From contig NZ_CP042905.2 in the NCBI RefSeq assembly GCF_008000775.2, forward strand, positions 120,001-152,000: a DNA stretch of 32,000 nt, written 5' to 3'. Below are positions 16,295 to 24,711 of the stretch, piece by piece. The DNA is from Promethearchaeum syntrophicum (GTDB lineage: Archaea; Asgardarchaeota; Lokiarchaeia; Sigyniarchaeales; Promethearchaeaceae). Below the pieces are notes generated by a model, which searched no databases, was not told where the DNA came from, and saw only the letters and a list, made by a program, of their open reading frames with translations. The position numbers were made by a program, and so were the translations under genes. Numbering within the stretch: position 1 is the first letter of the stretch; each line of letters opens with the position of its first letter.

Positions 16295-17260
16295 ATGAAA
16301 TGTAATTACTGTTCTAATGAGGCTGTTTATCACAGAAAAATTTCAAACGAGTATGTTTGTAAAATCCATTTCATAAAAACAATTGAAAAGAAGATTCGGA
16401 AAACAATAAGAAAATACCGTATGTTTTCTCCAAAAGATAAAGTTGTGGTTGGACTTTCTGGAGGAAAAGATTCGTTAGTTCTATTATACAACATTCTCGA
16501 ACTACAGAAAAGATACTCAGATTCTCCAATTGTGGAAGCTATTCTAATTGATGAGGGAATAGAGGGATATCGAACAGAAAGTATAGATATTGCAGAGAGA
16601 ATGTGCAGAGAATGGAAAACACCCCTCCATATTGTTCTAATTAAAAATATCTTTGGAAAAAGTATTGATGGATTAATTCCTAATCTTAAAGATTTAAACG
16701 TTAATGCTTGTACAATTTGTGGTACTGTTCGTAGAAGATTATTAAATGATAAAGCTTTTGAATTGGGAGCTGATTGTCTTGCCATTGGTCATAATTTGGA
16801 TGATCAAATTGAAACTTTTTTACAGAATATTGTTCGAAATGATCTTAAACAAATATTACTTCATCCTCCCAATGGTAATGTAAAGAGTGATAAAAAAGAG
16901 ATTATAAAACGTATTAAACCCTTAATGGCAATCCCAGAAGCAGAAATCACGTTATATTGTTATTATAAAGAAATCCCTATTCAAGTTACTCCCTGCCCCT
17001 ATGTGGAAGGATATTATATTTTACGGAAAAAAATCCAAGATTTCATAAATATTTTAGGAAATCAAAGCCCAGAAATAAAATACAATTTACTGACCATGAA
17101 TGAAAAATTAATAGAACAGGTTTCGATTAACTATTTAAAGAAGGAATTAGACCAAAAACCAAAAAAAAATGGAGTTTGCAAGGTTTGTCAAATGTCCTGT
17201 GGATTAAATAGAGATATTTGCTATTATTGTGAACTAAAAAAAGAGTTAAATCTTAATTAA
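16295..17260 (+). CDS. tRNA 2-thiolation PP-loop ATPase, TtuA/Ncs6(Ctu1) family
   Basis: An N-terminal CxxC...C..H finger (CNYCSNEAVYHRK...CKIHF), the PP-loop VGLSGGKDSLVLL, then CTICGTVRR, GHNLDD and a C-terminal CKVCQ...CYYC finger. The start is taken at the ATG at 16295, after the S2P stop. Confidence 0.85.
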   Translation: MKCNYCSNEAVYHRKISNEYVCKIHFIKTIEKKIRKTIRKYRMFSPKDKVVVGLSGGKDSLVLLYNILELQKRYSDSPIVEAILIDEGIEGYRTESIDIAERMCREWKTPLHIVLIKNIFGKSIDGLIPNLKDLNVNACTICGTVRRRLLNDKAFELGADCLAIGHNLDDQIETFLQNIVRNDLKQILLHPPNGNVKSDKKEIIKRIKPLMAIPEAEITLYCYYKEIPIQVTPCPYVEGYYILRKKIQDFINILGNQSPEIKYNLLTMNEKLIEQVSINYLKKELDQKPKKNGVCKVCQMSCGLNRDICYYCELKKELNLN

Positions 17261-17270
17261 TAAATTTTCA

Positions 17271-17828
17271 TCATTGTGGAACAATATTTCCCATATTACC
17301 TAATTCAAGATTTTTCTTACATATCGGACAACTATGGCGCATTTTTATCCATTCTGATAGATGATCAGAATGAGCTTTAGAACCACATAATGGACAAGCT
17401 AAGATTTCATCAAAAATTTGGATTCCTTTCCCACAAACACTACATTTAACAGATTCTTTACTATTAACTTTTATTAATGATTTTTCCAAGTCTAAACCAA
17501 TATCTTGGACAGTATCTTCAGATGGAGTTATTAAACGTAGATCTTTTCCCCCTCTTTCGGAAGAAGCAATGCACATTACAGTTCCTTGACTATTATCTTC
17601 TCTATTACCAATCCATTTAACTATTCCAGAGAAGATAACTCTTCCATCTTTTGCAATCAAGATCTTTAAATTATTATTTTCCATTATGTAAGTCTGAATA
17701 ACTTTAGTAGTTTGAATGCCTGCAATTGAGGATGAAATGCCTTGAACCAAATATTTTGGACCTTTAAGAACTAACGGTTTTAAGTTAATTATTCCTAGTT
17801 TTTTAGTTTTCTTAGCCATTAAAATCAA
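17271..17828 (-). CDS. Hypothetical protein with C-terminal RING-like (C4H2C2) zinc finger
   Basis: Ligand spacing is C129-x2-C132-x12-C145-x2-C148-x4-H153-x2-H156-x10-C167-x2-C170. A Trp lies 4 residues after the second His, as in RING-H2 fingers. The N-terminal ~125 aa are unassigned. Confidence 0.6.
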   Translation of the reverse strand: MILMAKKTKKLGIINLKPLVLKGPKYLVQGISSSIAGIQTTKVIQTYIMENNNLKILIAKDGRVIFSGIVKWIGNREDNSQGTVMCIASSERGGKDLRLITPSEDTVQDIGLDLEKSLIKVNSKESVKCSVCGKGIQIFDEILACPLCGSKAHSDHLSEWIKMRHSCPICKKNLELGNMGNIVPQ

Positions 17829-17960
17829 CTTTCTAAATTTGCTCTAAATTATATTGGTGCGATTCACCTAAAAAAAATTCCCCTTTAAAAATTTCTGACC
17901 ATTTGGACTTTAAAAGGAATTTTAATAATTAATTTTTAATTGATAGAAAAATAAATTTTA

Positions 17961-19682
17961 GTGAAAAATATGGGAATAGAGAACACCATTCAAAAAATTA
18001 TGGAAGAAAAAAAGTTATCTCGTGAGGAAATTAAAAATCTTATAGATAAACAAATAGAAGATTTCAGTGGATTGATAGATGAGGAAGGAGCCATTGTTAT
18101 TGTAGCAAAAGAACTAGGTATTGATGTTAAAGCGCACCAAGAATCAGCCAAAATGGAATCGGATCAACTAATAACAAACCTAAAACCTAGAATGAACGCC
18201 TCAATTGTTGGTAGAATCGTTGAAATTAGTGAAGTTAAAACATTTAATAAAAAAGACGGAAGTAAAGGGTCATTATTACCATTTATATTGGAAGATACTA
18301 GTGGGATGATCCGATGCTTAGCATGGGATGATTTCAACACTCAAATAATTACAGATAATAATTTTAGATTAAATGAAATCGTTAGAATAGTAAATGGTTT
18401 TGTAAAACAGAGCCAAGTTGGAAGTCTTGAAATACATATTGGCTCAAAAAGCAGGATACAAACGCAACCAGATGAAGTAGATAGAACACTTATCCCTGCT
18501 ATAAATCATAGTGAAACCAAAATCACTCCCATAAATCAATTATCTTTAAAAAAACTAACTCTTTCAATTGAAGGAGTAATTACTACATTATATCCGACTA
18601 AAAAATTCACTCGAAAAAATGGAACAGAAGGTAAACGTGCTTCTCTTCAAATATCAGATTCTACTGGATTAACATATCTGACATTTTGGGGAGATCATTG
18701 TGAAATGATTAAAGATATTAAAGAAGATCAAAAAGTGAGAATTACCAAACTTTCCCCTAAATCTAATTATAGAGATAAAACTAAAATAGATTTAACAGCC
18801 ACTTCAAATACTAAAATTACTATTATTGAAGAAGAAACTCATCTTGAAAATTCCATTAAAAGCATAGAAAATCTTCTTGAAATAGGTGGATTTGGAAACA
18901 TTGAGGGAATAATCCAAGAGATTGGAGATCAAAAATCAATTCAATTAAAGAATGGAGAATCAACAAAACTTCAAAAAATGGTATTAGCTGATGAAACTGG
19001 AGAAATTATTGTAACAATTTGGGGGGATAAAATCAATCCAGATTTAAAAGTAGATGATTCAATCCTAATAAAAAAGGCCCTAGTTAAAATAAATAGTTAC
19101 TCCAATGAGATGGAAGCATCACTATCTACAAGGGGTTCTATTGAAAGATCAGAAAAAACATTTAATATAGGTGAAAGATCAAAAACATTAGAGAGAACTC
19201 CACCAAATAGCACAACTGAAAGAAAAAAAATAGAAGACATTAATCAAGATGATTTTTATGAATTTAAAGGTTCAATAATTCAGGAAATTAAAAGAATTTT
19301 CTTTTATATTGCTTGTTCAAAATGTAATCGAAAAATTGATAATTGCAAATGTGATCAACAAGGAGATCATGTTAATAGAATGATTCTAAATTTAATTTTA
19401 GATGATGAAAGCAGCACAATTAGAGGTACAATGATGACTAAAAATGCAGAATTGCTTTTGAATGAATCAACTGATAATATTAAAAAAATGGAAGAAAATG
19501 GGGAATTGGAAGAGTTTCTAAAGAATAAAAGCCTTGAATTGATTGGAAAAGAATTTATTTTTAGTGGAAAAGCAAAATTCTCAGAATATAATGATAATTA
19601 TGAAATAAATATTGCTAGATTTAAAGAACTTGATTCTGAACTGGAAGCCCAAAATATCATTGATATTCTTGACGATATTTGA
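17961..19682 (+). CDS. Replication protein A large subunit-like ssDNA-binding protein (multiple OB folds plus zinc finger)
   Basis: An N-terminal helical module typical of archaeal RPA (IEDFSGLIDEEGAIVIVAKELGIDV) is followed by at least three OB-like repeats (e.g. ASIVGRIVEISEVKTF...GMIRCLAWDD; IEGVITTLYPTKKF...LTFWGDH; IEGIIQEIG...IVTIWGDK). The last OB contains CSKCNRKIDNCKC. GTG start; alternative ATG at 17970. Confidence 0.8.
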   Translation: MKNMGIENTIQKIMEEKKLSREEIKNLIDKQIEDFSGLIDEEGAIVIVAKELGIDVKAHQESAKMESDQLITNLKPRMNASIVGRIVEISEVKTFNKKDGSKGSLLPFILEDTSGMIRCLAWDDFNTQIITDNNFRLNEIVRIVNGFVKQSQVGSLEIHIGSKSRIQTQPDEVDRTLIPAINHSETKITPINQLSLKKLTLSIEGVITTLYPTKKFTRKNGTEGKRASLQISDSTGLTYLTFWGDHCEMIKDIKEDQKVRITKLSPKSNYRDKTKIDLTATSNTKITIIEEETHLENSIKSIENLLEIGGFGNIEGIIQEIGDQKSIQLKNGESTKLQKMVLADETGEIIVTIWGDKINPDLKVDDSILIKKALVKINSYSNEMEASLSTRGSIERSEKTFNIGERSKTLERTPPNSTTERKKIEDINQDDFYEFKGSIIQEIKRIFFYIACSKCNRKIDNCKCDQQGDHVNRMILNLILDDESSTIRGTMMTKNAELLLNESTDNIKKMEENGELEEFLKNKSLELIGKEFIFSGKAKFSEYNDNYEINIARFKELDSELEAQNIIDILDDI

Positions 19683-19693
19683 TATTTTTTTTT
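19683..19693 (+). terminator. Oligo-T tract after the RPA-like gene (possible terminator)
   Basis: A T9 run at 19685-19693 lies 2 nt after the stop codon. Confidence 0.35.
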
Positions 19694-19740
19694 CATTGAA
19701 TTTTATAATGATTTTTAAACCCTCAAATTAATTTTTCTTT

Positions 19741-20682
19741 ATGGGAAATGAGTTTTTAGGTTTAGGTGAGGTTGTTGTCGATTGGGTGTCATTAATTGAT
19801 CATTTTCCCGAACCTGATGAAAAAATTGATTCTTTGAGACAATATTTGTTCAGCGGGGGAGTAACTGCAAATTTTACGGTTGCAGCTTCAAGACTTGGTG
19901 CAAAAACTGGTTTTTTTGGAGCCATTGGCAACGATTCTTATGGAGATTTTTTAAAATCTGATTTTAAAAATGAAAATGTTGACTATTCTTATTTAATTAC
20001 GAAAAACAACAAAAACACTCCAGTCAATTTTATATTTGTTGTAAAAAATACTGGTGAAAAAGTAATTATTCAAAGCCCTTATATGCACTCTACTATTCCA
20101 AAAGTTTCTGATCTTGATGAAAAAATATTTGAAAATATAAAATTACTACATACCTCTGCAATATACCATGATCTAACAATTAAAGCAATAAAATTGGCTA
20201 AAAAAAATAATATTTTCATTTCCCTAGATTTAGAAAAGCAAATTGCTGTTAGAGGTTTATCTAAGTTGAGACCTATTTTACATCAAGTAGATTTGTTAAT
20301 CCCAAATAAAGCGGGAGCAATGCAGTTAACTGATACAAAAAATCCAGAAGAAGCAGCAAAAAAATTTTTAGATTTAGGTGTTAAAACAATTGTTATAACT
20401 TTAGGAGATCAAGGGGCTTTAATTATTACTAAAAATAAAAATGTGATTATTCCTGCTTTAAAAGTAAATCCAGTTGATACTACAGGAGCAGGAGACACTT
20501 TCTGTGCTGCACTTTGCTATTCCTATGTTTTAAAAAAGTTTAGTATTGAAAAAGCTGCATTATTTGCAAATGCTGCGGCTGCTTTAAAAATTCAAAATAT
20601 GGGTGCACGAACCGGGATGCCAACATATGAAGAAGTTATTCAATTCCTAAAAAAAAGAAATTTTAAAGAATTTTTTAATTAA
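19741..20682 (+). CDS. PfkB-family carbohydrate/nucleoside kinase (ribokinase fold)
   Basis: Contains GGVTANFTVAASRLG (PfkB signature 1) and DTTGAGDTFCAAL (signature 2). The substrate is not assignable from sequence alone. Confidence 0.85.
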   Translation: MGNEFLGLGEVVVDWVSLIDHFPEPDEKIDSLRQYLFSGGVTANFTVAASRLGAKTGFFGAIGNDSYGDFLKSDFKNENVDYSYLITKNNKNTPVNFIFVVKNTGEKVIIQSPYMHSTIPKVSDLDEKIFENIKLLHTSAIYHDLTIKAIKLAKKNNIFISLDLEKQIAVRGLSKLRPILHQVDLLIPNKAGAMQLTDTKNPEEAAKKFLDLGVKTIVITLGDQGALIITKNKNVIIPALKVNPVDTTGAGDTFCAALCYSYVLKKFSIEKAALFANAAAALKIQNMGARTGMPTYEEVIQFLKKRNFKEFFN

Positions 20683-20705
20683 ATAAATCAAAGGGGAAGA
20701 TAACG

Positions 20706-21371
20706 TTGAAAAACCATAAAATTAATCAAGAACGTTTAGATTTAATCAACAATTTGAAAGCTAGAAAAATAATTATTACTGAAAATGTATATAATGCTAT
20801 GTTAAACGTTCCTCGTCATCTTTTTTTACCAGAACTTGATATCAATAAAGCTTATATTGATTCTCCTCAACAAATCGGAAAGGGACAGACCATTTCCGCA
20901 CCTCATATGAATGCAATGATGTGTGAATATCTTGAAATTAAGCCGAAGGACAAAATATTAGAAATTGGAACGGGATCTGGATATCATGCAGCAATATTAG
21001 CTGAATTAACCGGAAAGGGAGGTATAGTTTACACAATAGAAAGGATTCCTGATTTGGCTATAAAAGCTCAGAAAAAATTAGAGGAATTATCCTATTCTAA
21101 TGTTGAAGTGATAATTGATGATGGGACATTAGGATTAGAATCTAAAGCACCATTTGATAAAATTTTGGTAACTGCTGCAAGTCCAAAAATTCCAAAGAGT
21201 TTATTAGTGCAACTAAACCCTAATGGAGGTATTTTATGTATTCCTGTTGGAAAACGGCATTGGGATCAAGACCTAATAGTCATTCAAAGAACTAAGGAGA
21301 AATATATTAAAAAAAAAGTTTGTAAAGTAATTTTTGTTCCCTTAATTGGAGAAAATGGATTTGATGAATAA
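20706..21371 (+). CDS. pcm: Protein-L-isoaspartate O-methyltransferase
   Basis: Contains VPRHLFLPE, GQTISAPHMNAMMCEYL, LEIGTGSGYHAAILAEL and FVPLIG. TTG start. Confidence 0.9.
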   Translation: MKNHKINQERLDLINNLKARKIIITENVYNAMLNVPRHLFLPELDINKAYIDSPQQIGKGQTISAPHMNAMMCEYLEIKPKDKILEIGTGSGYHAAILAELTGKGGIVYTIERIPDLAIKAQKKLEELSYSNVEVIIDDGTLGLESKAPFDKILVTAASPKIPKSLLVQLNPNGGILCIPVGKRHWDQDLIVIQRTKEKYIKKKVCKVIFVPLIGENGFDE

Positions 21372-21382
21372 AAGAAATTATA

Positions 21383-22063
21383 TTAAGATTTATTAGGGAG
21401 AATATCAACAAAATTGATTAAATTGGATATTTCTTTCATTAATGATTCTCGATTTAAATTTTCTTCAGATTGAATTACTTCTTTAATTTTCGCTCTTGTT
21501 TCAGGAAATTTTGGATTAAATTCACATGCGGGACCACTAATTAAACTTAATTCATAAAAACCTAATTCTTGACTAATTTTTATTATATCGAGTTTATCAA
21601 ATCCAATCAAAGGGCGAATAATTGGAATTTCCCGATTAACTTGATTTACGACATATAAATTATCTAATGTTTGTGAAGCTTGCTCTCCTAAAATATCTCC
21701 ATTGGCAATTAACTTTGCATTGTAAAATTTTGCAAGCTCTCGTGCAACTAAAATCATTGTACGTTTACATATCACACATGTTAATTTTGGATTACATTTT
21801 GATTGAATTTGTTTTGCTATCTGATCATAATCAACAAAATGCATTCTCAACCTATGTTTTGTTAATTTTACTAATCTTTTTCCAACTTGGATTATTTTAT
21901 TCCTATTTTCCTCAATTTTTTCCCCTCCATTTAAAAAAGACAGGGAGAAACAATCCATTTTTTTTTTCATCAATAAATATGTTGCTATTGGACTATCTAA
22001 CCCTGTTGATAAAAGGGAAATAAATGGATTTTCAAACTGTATATAAGAATTCTTACTTAGCAT
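21383..22063 (-). CDS. ThiI-like PP-loop (adenine nucleotide alpha-hydrolase) domain protein lacking THUMP domain
   Basis: Contains ISLLSTGLDSPIATYLL (PP-loop variant STGLDS versus SGGxDS), CVICKRTM and LIANGDILGEQASQTLDNL, similar to the ThiI core. At 226 aa there is no N-terminal ferredoxin-like/THUMP module. Confidence 0.7.
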   Translation of the reverse strand: MLSKNSYIQFENPFISLLSTGLDSPIATYLLMKKKMDCFSLSFLNGGEKIEENRNKIIQVGKRLVKLTKHRLRMHFVDYDQIAKQIQSKCNPKLTCVICKRTMILVARELAKFYNAKLIANGDILGEQASQTLDNLYVVNQVNREIPIIRPLIGFDKLDIIKISQELGFYELSLISGPACEFNPKFPETRAKIKEVIQSEENLNRESLMKEISNLINFVDILPNKS

Positions 22064-22285
22064 GTTCCATGATCTTTAAAATGGGATGATTTTTTAATAT
22101 GATTATAATAAATATTAAATTCTCTTCGGAAAGGTATTATCGTGATATTTTTTTCATATTTTGTTAATGGCAAGAGAGTTCAATAAAGAATTTTCTTATA
22201 GTTTTTCATAGTACTATCTCTTCAACGACTTCCAAATAATGCTAAAAAATAGGAAGCATCTCATATTAAAAAATATAAAAAAACC

Positions 22286-23101
22286 GTGAATCATATGTCA
22301 AATTTTAGATTAATTCAATTTGAAAAATTAGAACCATCGACACTCCATAACCCTTTATGCATTATAGGAATGCCTGGAATTGCAGACATTGGAAAATTTG
22401 CAGTAGATCAACTTATAGGCATTTTTCAAGCTAGAAAATATTGCGAAATAATTTTCAATGATTATCCCGCTGGAGCGATAGTTGATGAAAGTATTCTATC
22501 CACTCCAAAAGCAGAAATTTTATTCCATAAAGATCCAAAACATATCCAAGATTTACTCCTAATAACTGCTGATGCACAAGCAATGTCTCCGAGAGGAATA
22601 TATGAAATTTCAGATTATATTGCTACAATAATTCAAAAACTTGGAGTAGTAAAAATTTTAGCTTTAGGGGCTTATCCAATTAAAAAAAATAAGTCAAAAC
22701 ATATCGATATTTATGTTACTTCAACCGAAACTAAATTTATTAACCAATTTATCGAGACTGGTGAAACCAAACTAGTAAAAAAGGGAGTAATAATAGGTTC
22801 AAATGGTTTAATCCCTACACTTGCTAAAGCACGGTTTGGAATCGAAGGTATTGTTTTATTAGCGGAAACAGATAATTCTGCAATAATGAATGACAATATG
22901 ACAGATTTACAAGCTTCAATCCAATTACTCGAGTTAGTCAGTCGCTTTTTCAGTCTTCCAATAAAAAATAATTTTAGTTCAAATAAAATCGATGAAATTA
23001 CACAAGATCTCGAAACAAAAAGAAAGGAACTTGAAAAAGATTTAGAAAACACTCAACCTCATTTAGAAATAGCAGAAGTTGATAAATCAATATACATATA
23101 A
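22286..23101 (+). CDS. PAC2-family proteasome assembly chaperone (PbaA/PbaB-like)
   Basis: The N-terminal CIIGMPGIADIGKFAVDQLI is typical of the PAC2 family. A C-terminal coiled-coil-like segment follows and the last residues are I-Y-I (HbYX-like). GTG start; alternative ATG at 22295. Confidence 0.75.
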   Translation: MNHMSNFRLIQFEKLEPSTLHNPLCIIGMPGIADIGKFAVDQLIGIFQARKYCEIIFNDYPAGAIVDESILSTPKAEILFHKDPKHIQDLLLITADAQAMSPRGIYEISDYIATIIQKLGVVKILALGAYPIKKNKSKHIDIYVTSTETKFINQFIETGETKLVKKGVIIGSNGLIPTLAKARFGIEGIVLLAETDNSAIMNDNMTDLQASIQLLELVSRFFSLPIKNNFSSNKIDEITQDLETKRKELEKDLENTQPHLEIAEVDKSIYI

Positions 23102-23115
23102 AAAATAAAAATATA

Positions 23116-23188
23116 GCGCAGGCAACAGGGATCGAACCTGCGACCTGCCGGTTAACAGCCGACCGCTCTACCAACTAAGCTATGCCTG
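23116..23188 (-). tRNA. tRNA-Asn (GUU)
   Basis: A 73-nt cloverleaf folded by hand: acceptor GCAGGCA/TGCCTGC, D-arm GCTT-AGTTGGTA-GAGC, anticodon arm GTCGG-CTGTTAA-CCGGC, T-arm GCAGG-TTCGATC-CCTGT, discriminator G. Confidence 0.9.
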
Positions 23189-23411
23189 CACTAGATGATT
23201 TGATAAAAAAAAAGGATTATGATATAAAGGAAAACATATATTTTAAATTTTTTTAAAGGTTTTACAATTGATTTTTTAATTTTAAGAAGAGATCTCTTTT
23301 GTATCTTCAAAAACTACTTTAGAAATTTGTTTTAAATACTGGTAATCTGTTTTTTTCAATTTCCCAAAAATTTTAAAATTATGAAATATTTGCATAGAAT
23401 ATAATTCTTTT

Positions 23412-23516
23412 GCCTCCGTAGTGTAGTGGTCAAGCATTTCGGGCCTTCAAATTATAGAAATCTCTTCTTTTTAAGGACCCCCGACGACTCGAGTTCGAAT
23501 CTCGGCGGAGGCACCA
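23412..23516 (+). tRNA. tRNA-Glu (UUC) with 29-nt intron; CCA encoded
   Basis: Acceptor GCCTCCG/CGGAGGC, D-arm GTGT-AGTGGTCAA-GCAT, anticodon stem TCGGG/CCCGA, T-arm TCGAG-TTCGAAT-CTCGG, discriminator A followed by CCA. The anticodon TTC is at 23446-23448. Confidence 0.8.
23450..23478 (+). other. tRNA-Glu intron (position 37/38) with bulge-helix-bulge motif
   Basis: Loop CCTT (23444-23447) pairs with intron AAGG (23473-23476). It is flanked by the 3-nt bulges CAA and ACC. Cleavage after the second bulge nucleotide gives a 37/38 intron. Confidence 0.65.
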
Positions 23517-23549
23517 CTTTTATATATGAATATAATAAAGAACAAACTA

Positions 23550-24551
23550 TTATTGATATTTAGTTTTTTCAATTGCATTAACACTATTGATAAATCTTTC
23601 AGTTATGTCATCTTTTCCAATTATACTAATGATCGAGTGGACAATGTTCCTAGCTTCACATAAAACCGGAATAGCACCATATGTTAGTGGGAACAAAGAT
23701 ACAAAAGTAATAGGTTGACTAATATAACTCCCAGTTTCTTTATCTGTAAATGTCATTTTTCCACTTGGATTGCATAGAATTCCATAGAAATTATCAGGAT
23801 CATTTCCAGAAACACATAAATAAGATACTAAACCACCAAGTTTTAAGGAATCTGCTTCCTCAATCATCTTTTGAAATCCAACATTAGCATTTGCACTAAA
23901 AGCTGCAACAGGGATTGAAAATCTCTCTGGATCAATTGATCTGGCATCAATATTTAATCCAGAAGAATTTACTAAACCATAATTTAAAAATACAGGAGTT
24001 TGAACAGAATCTAATATTTTACTGATATTTTCAATTAATTCTTTTTGTTCAGGAGATGTAGGGATATAAGAAGTTAAAGGAATTTCAGAACCCATACCAC
24101 AAAGATAAATTGCACTCCGGACATTATTGCTAAATAATTCAATTTCAGCATTATCTACCTTTCCTGAACCAAAAAAATTCTCAATTTCTTTTCTCAGATG
24201 AAAAATGCTGGATCCGATGTTGTCTGCATTTAGTGGCCATTCTTGGTGATAATCATGAACAATTGTTAGAAGCGTTTGTTGTATTCGAACGGTTATTAGG
24301 CAAATCTTCTCGAAAAATGAAAAAGCAATAATTTGTCTTTGAATACCTAGATCAAACCAATTCTCTTCACTTGAAGAAAAAGCTGCAGAAGATACACTGG
24401 TGATAGCATTACTATCTAAGTTTAAATCAGTATTTCGACCTGTTTTTGCTATTGAAAGCCCATTTTCATCAGATAATAATGCCATTATAGTTGCTTTTGA
24501 AGATCTTAAAATTGTTGATAAATGTTTAACTAAAGTTTCTCGGACGCTCAT
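23550..24551 (-). CDS. Tandem Roadblock/LC7 (MglB-like) domain protein
   Basis: The N-terminal segment LSTILRSSKATIMALLSDENGLSIAKTGR...AITSVSSAAFSSSEE...ICLITVRIQQTLLTIVH fits the Robl/LC7 pattern. A second similar unit lies at VFLNYGLVNSSGLNIDARS...VAAFSANANVGFQKMIEEA...GGLVSYLCVSG. Confidence 0.7.
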   Translation of the reverse strand: MSVRETLVKHLSTILRSSKATIMALLSDENGLSIAKTGRNTDLNLDSNAITSVSSAAFSSSEENWFDLGIQRQIIAFSFFEKICLITVRIQQTLLTIVHDYHQEWPLNADNIGSSIFHLRKEIENFFGSGKVDNAEIELFSNNVRSAIYLCGMGSEIPLTSYIPTSPEQKELIENISKILDSVQTPVFLNYGLVNSSGLNIDARSIDPERFSIPVAAFSANANVGFQKMIEEADSLKLGGLVSYLCVSGNDPDNFYGILCNPSGKMTFTDKETGSYISQPITFVSLFPLTYGAIPVLCEARNIVHSIISIIGKDDITERFINSVNAIEKTKYQ

Positions 24552-24711
24552 ATTTTTCCCGCAATTAATCGATAATTATTATATAGAATAAAACCTAATT
24601 TATATTTCGCATCTTCTCATAATTAATATTTTGCCAAAAAAATCATTTCTAATTTCAAATTTCTGAATTAAGGAGCAATAATAAAATAATATTGTATTAA
24701 ATTAATTTAAA

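Noticed and set aside
16330-16785. Minus-strand 151-aa ORF inside the TtuA/Ncs6 gene, and the track start at 16256 for that gene
   Set aside because: The antisense ORF has no motifs. The 16256 start would overlap the S2P gene by 26 nt and add a non-conserved-looking peptide. The ATG at 16295 directly precedes the N-terminal CxxC finger.
21667-23052. Shadow ORFs 21667..22023 (plus) and 22711..23052 (minus)
   Set aside because: They are antisense to the ThiI-like and PAC2 genes respectively, with no motifs.
23282-23395. 37-codon minus-strand ORF (MQIFHNFKIFGKLKK...) and a 12-bp palindrome AAGAGATCTCTT (23287-23298) between tRNA-Asn and tRNA-Glu
   Set aside because: The ORF is short with unremarkable composition in AT-rich DNA. 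A single 12-bp palindrome has no second copy or flanking context, so neither is supportable without conservation data.
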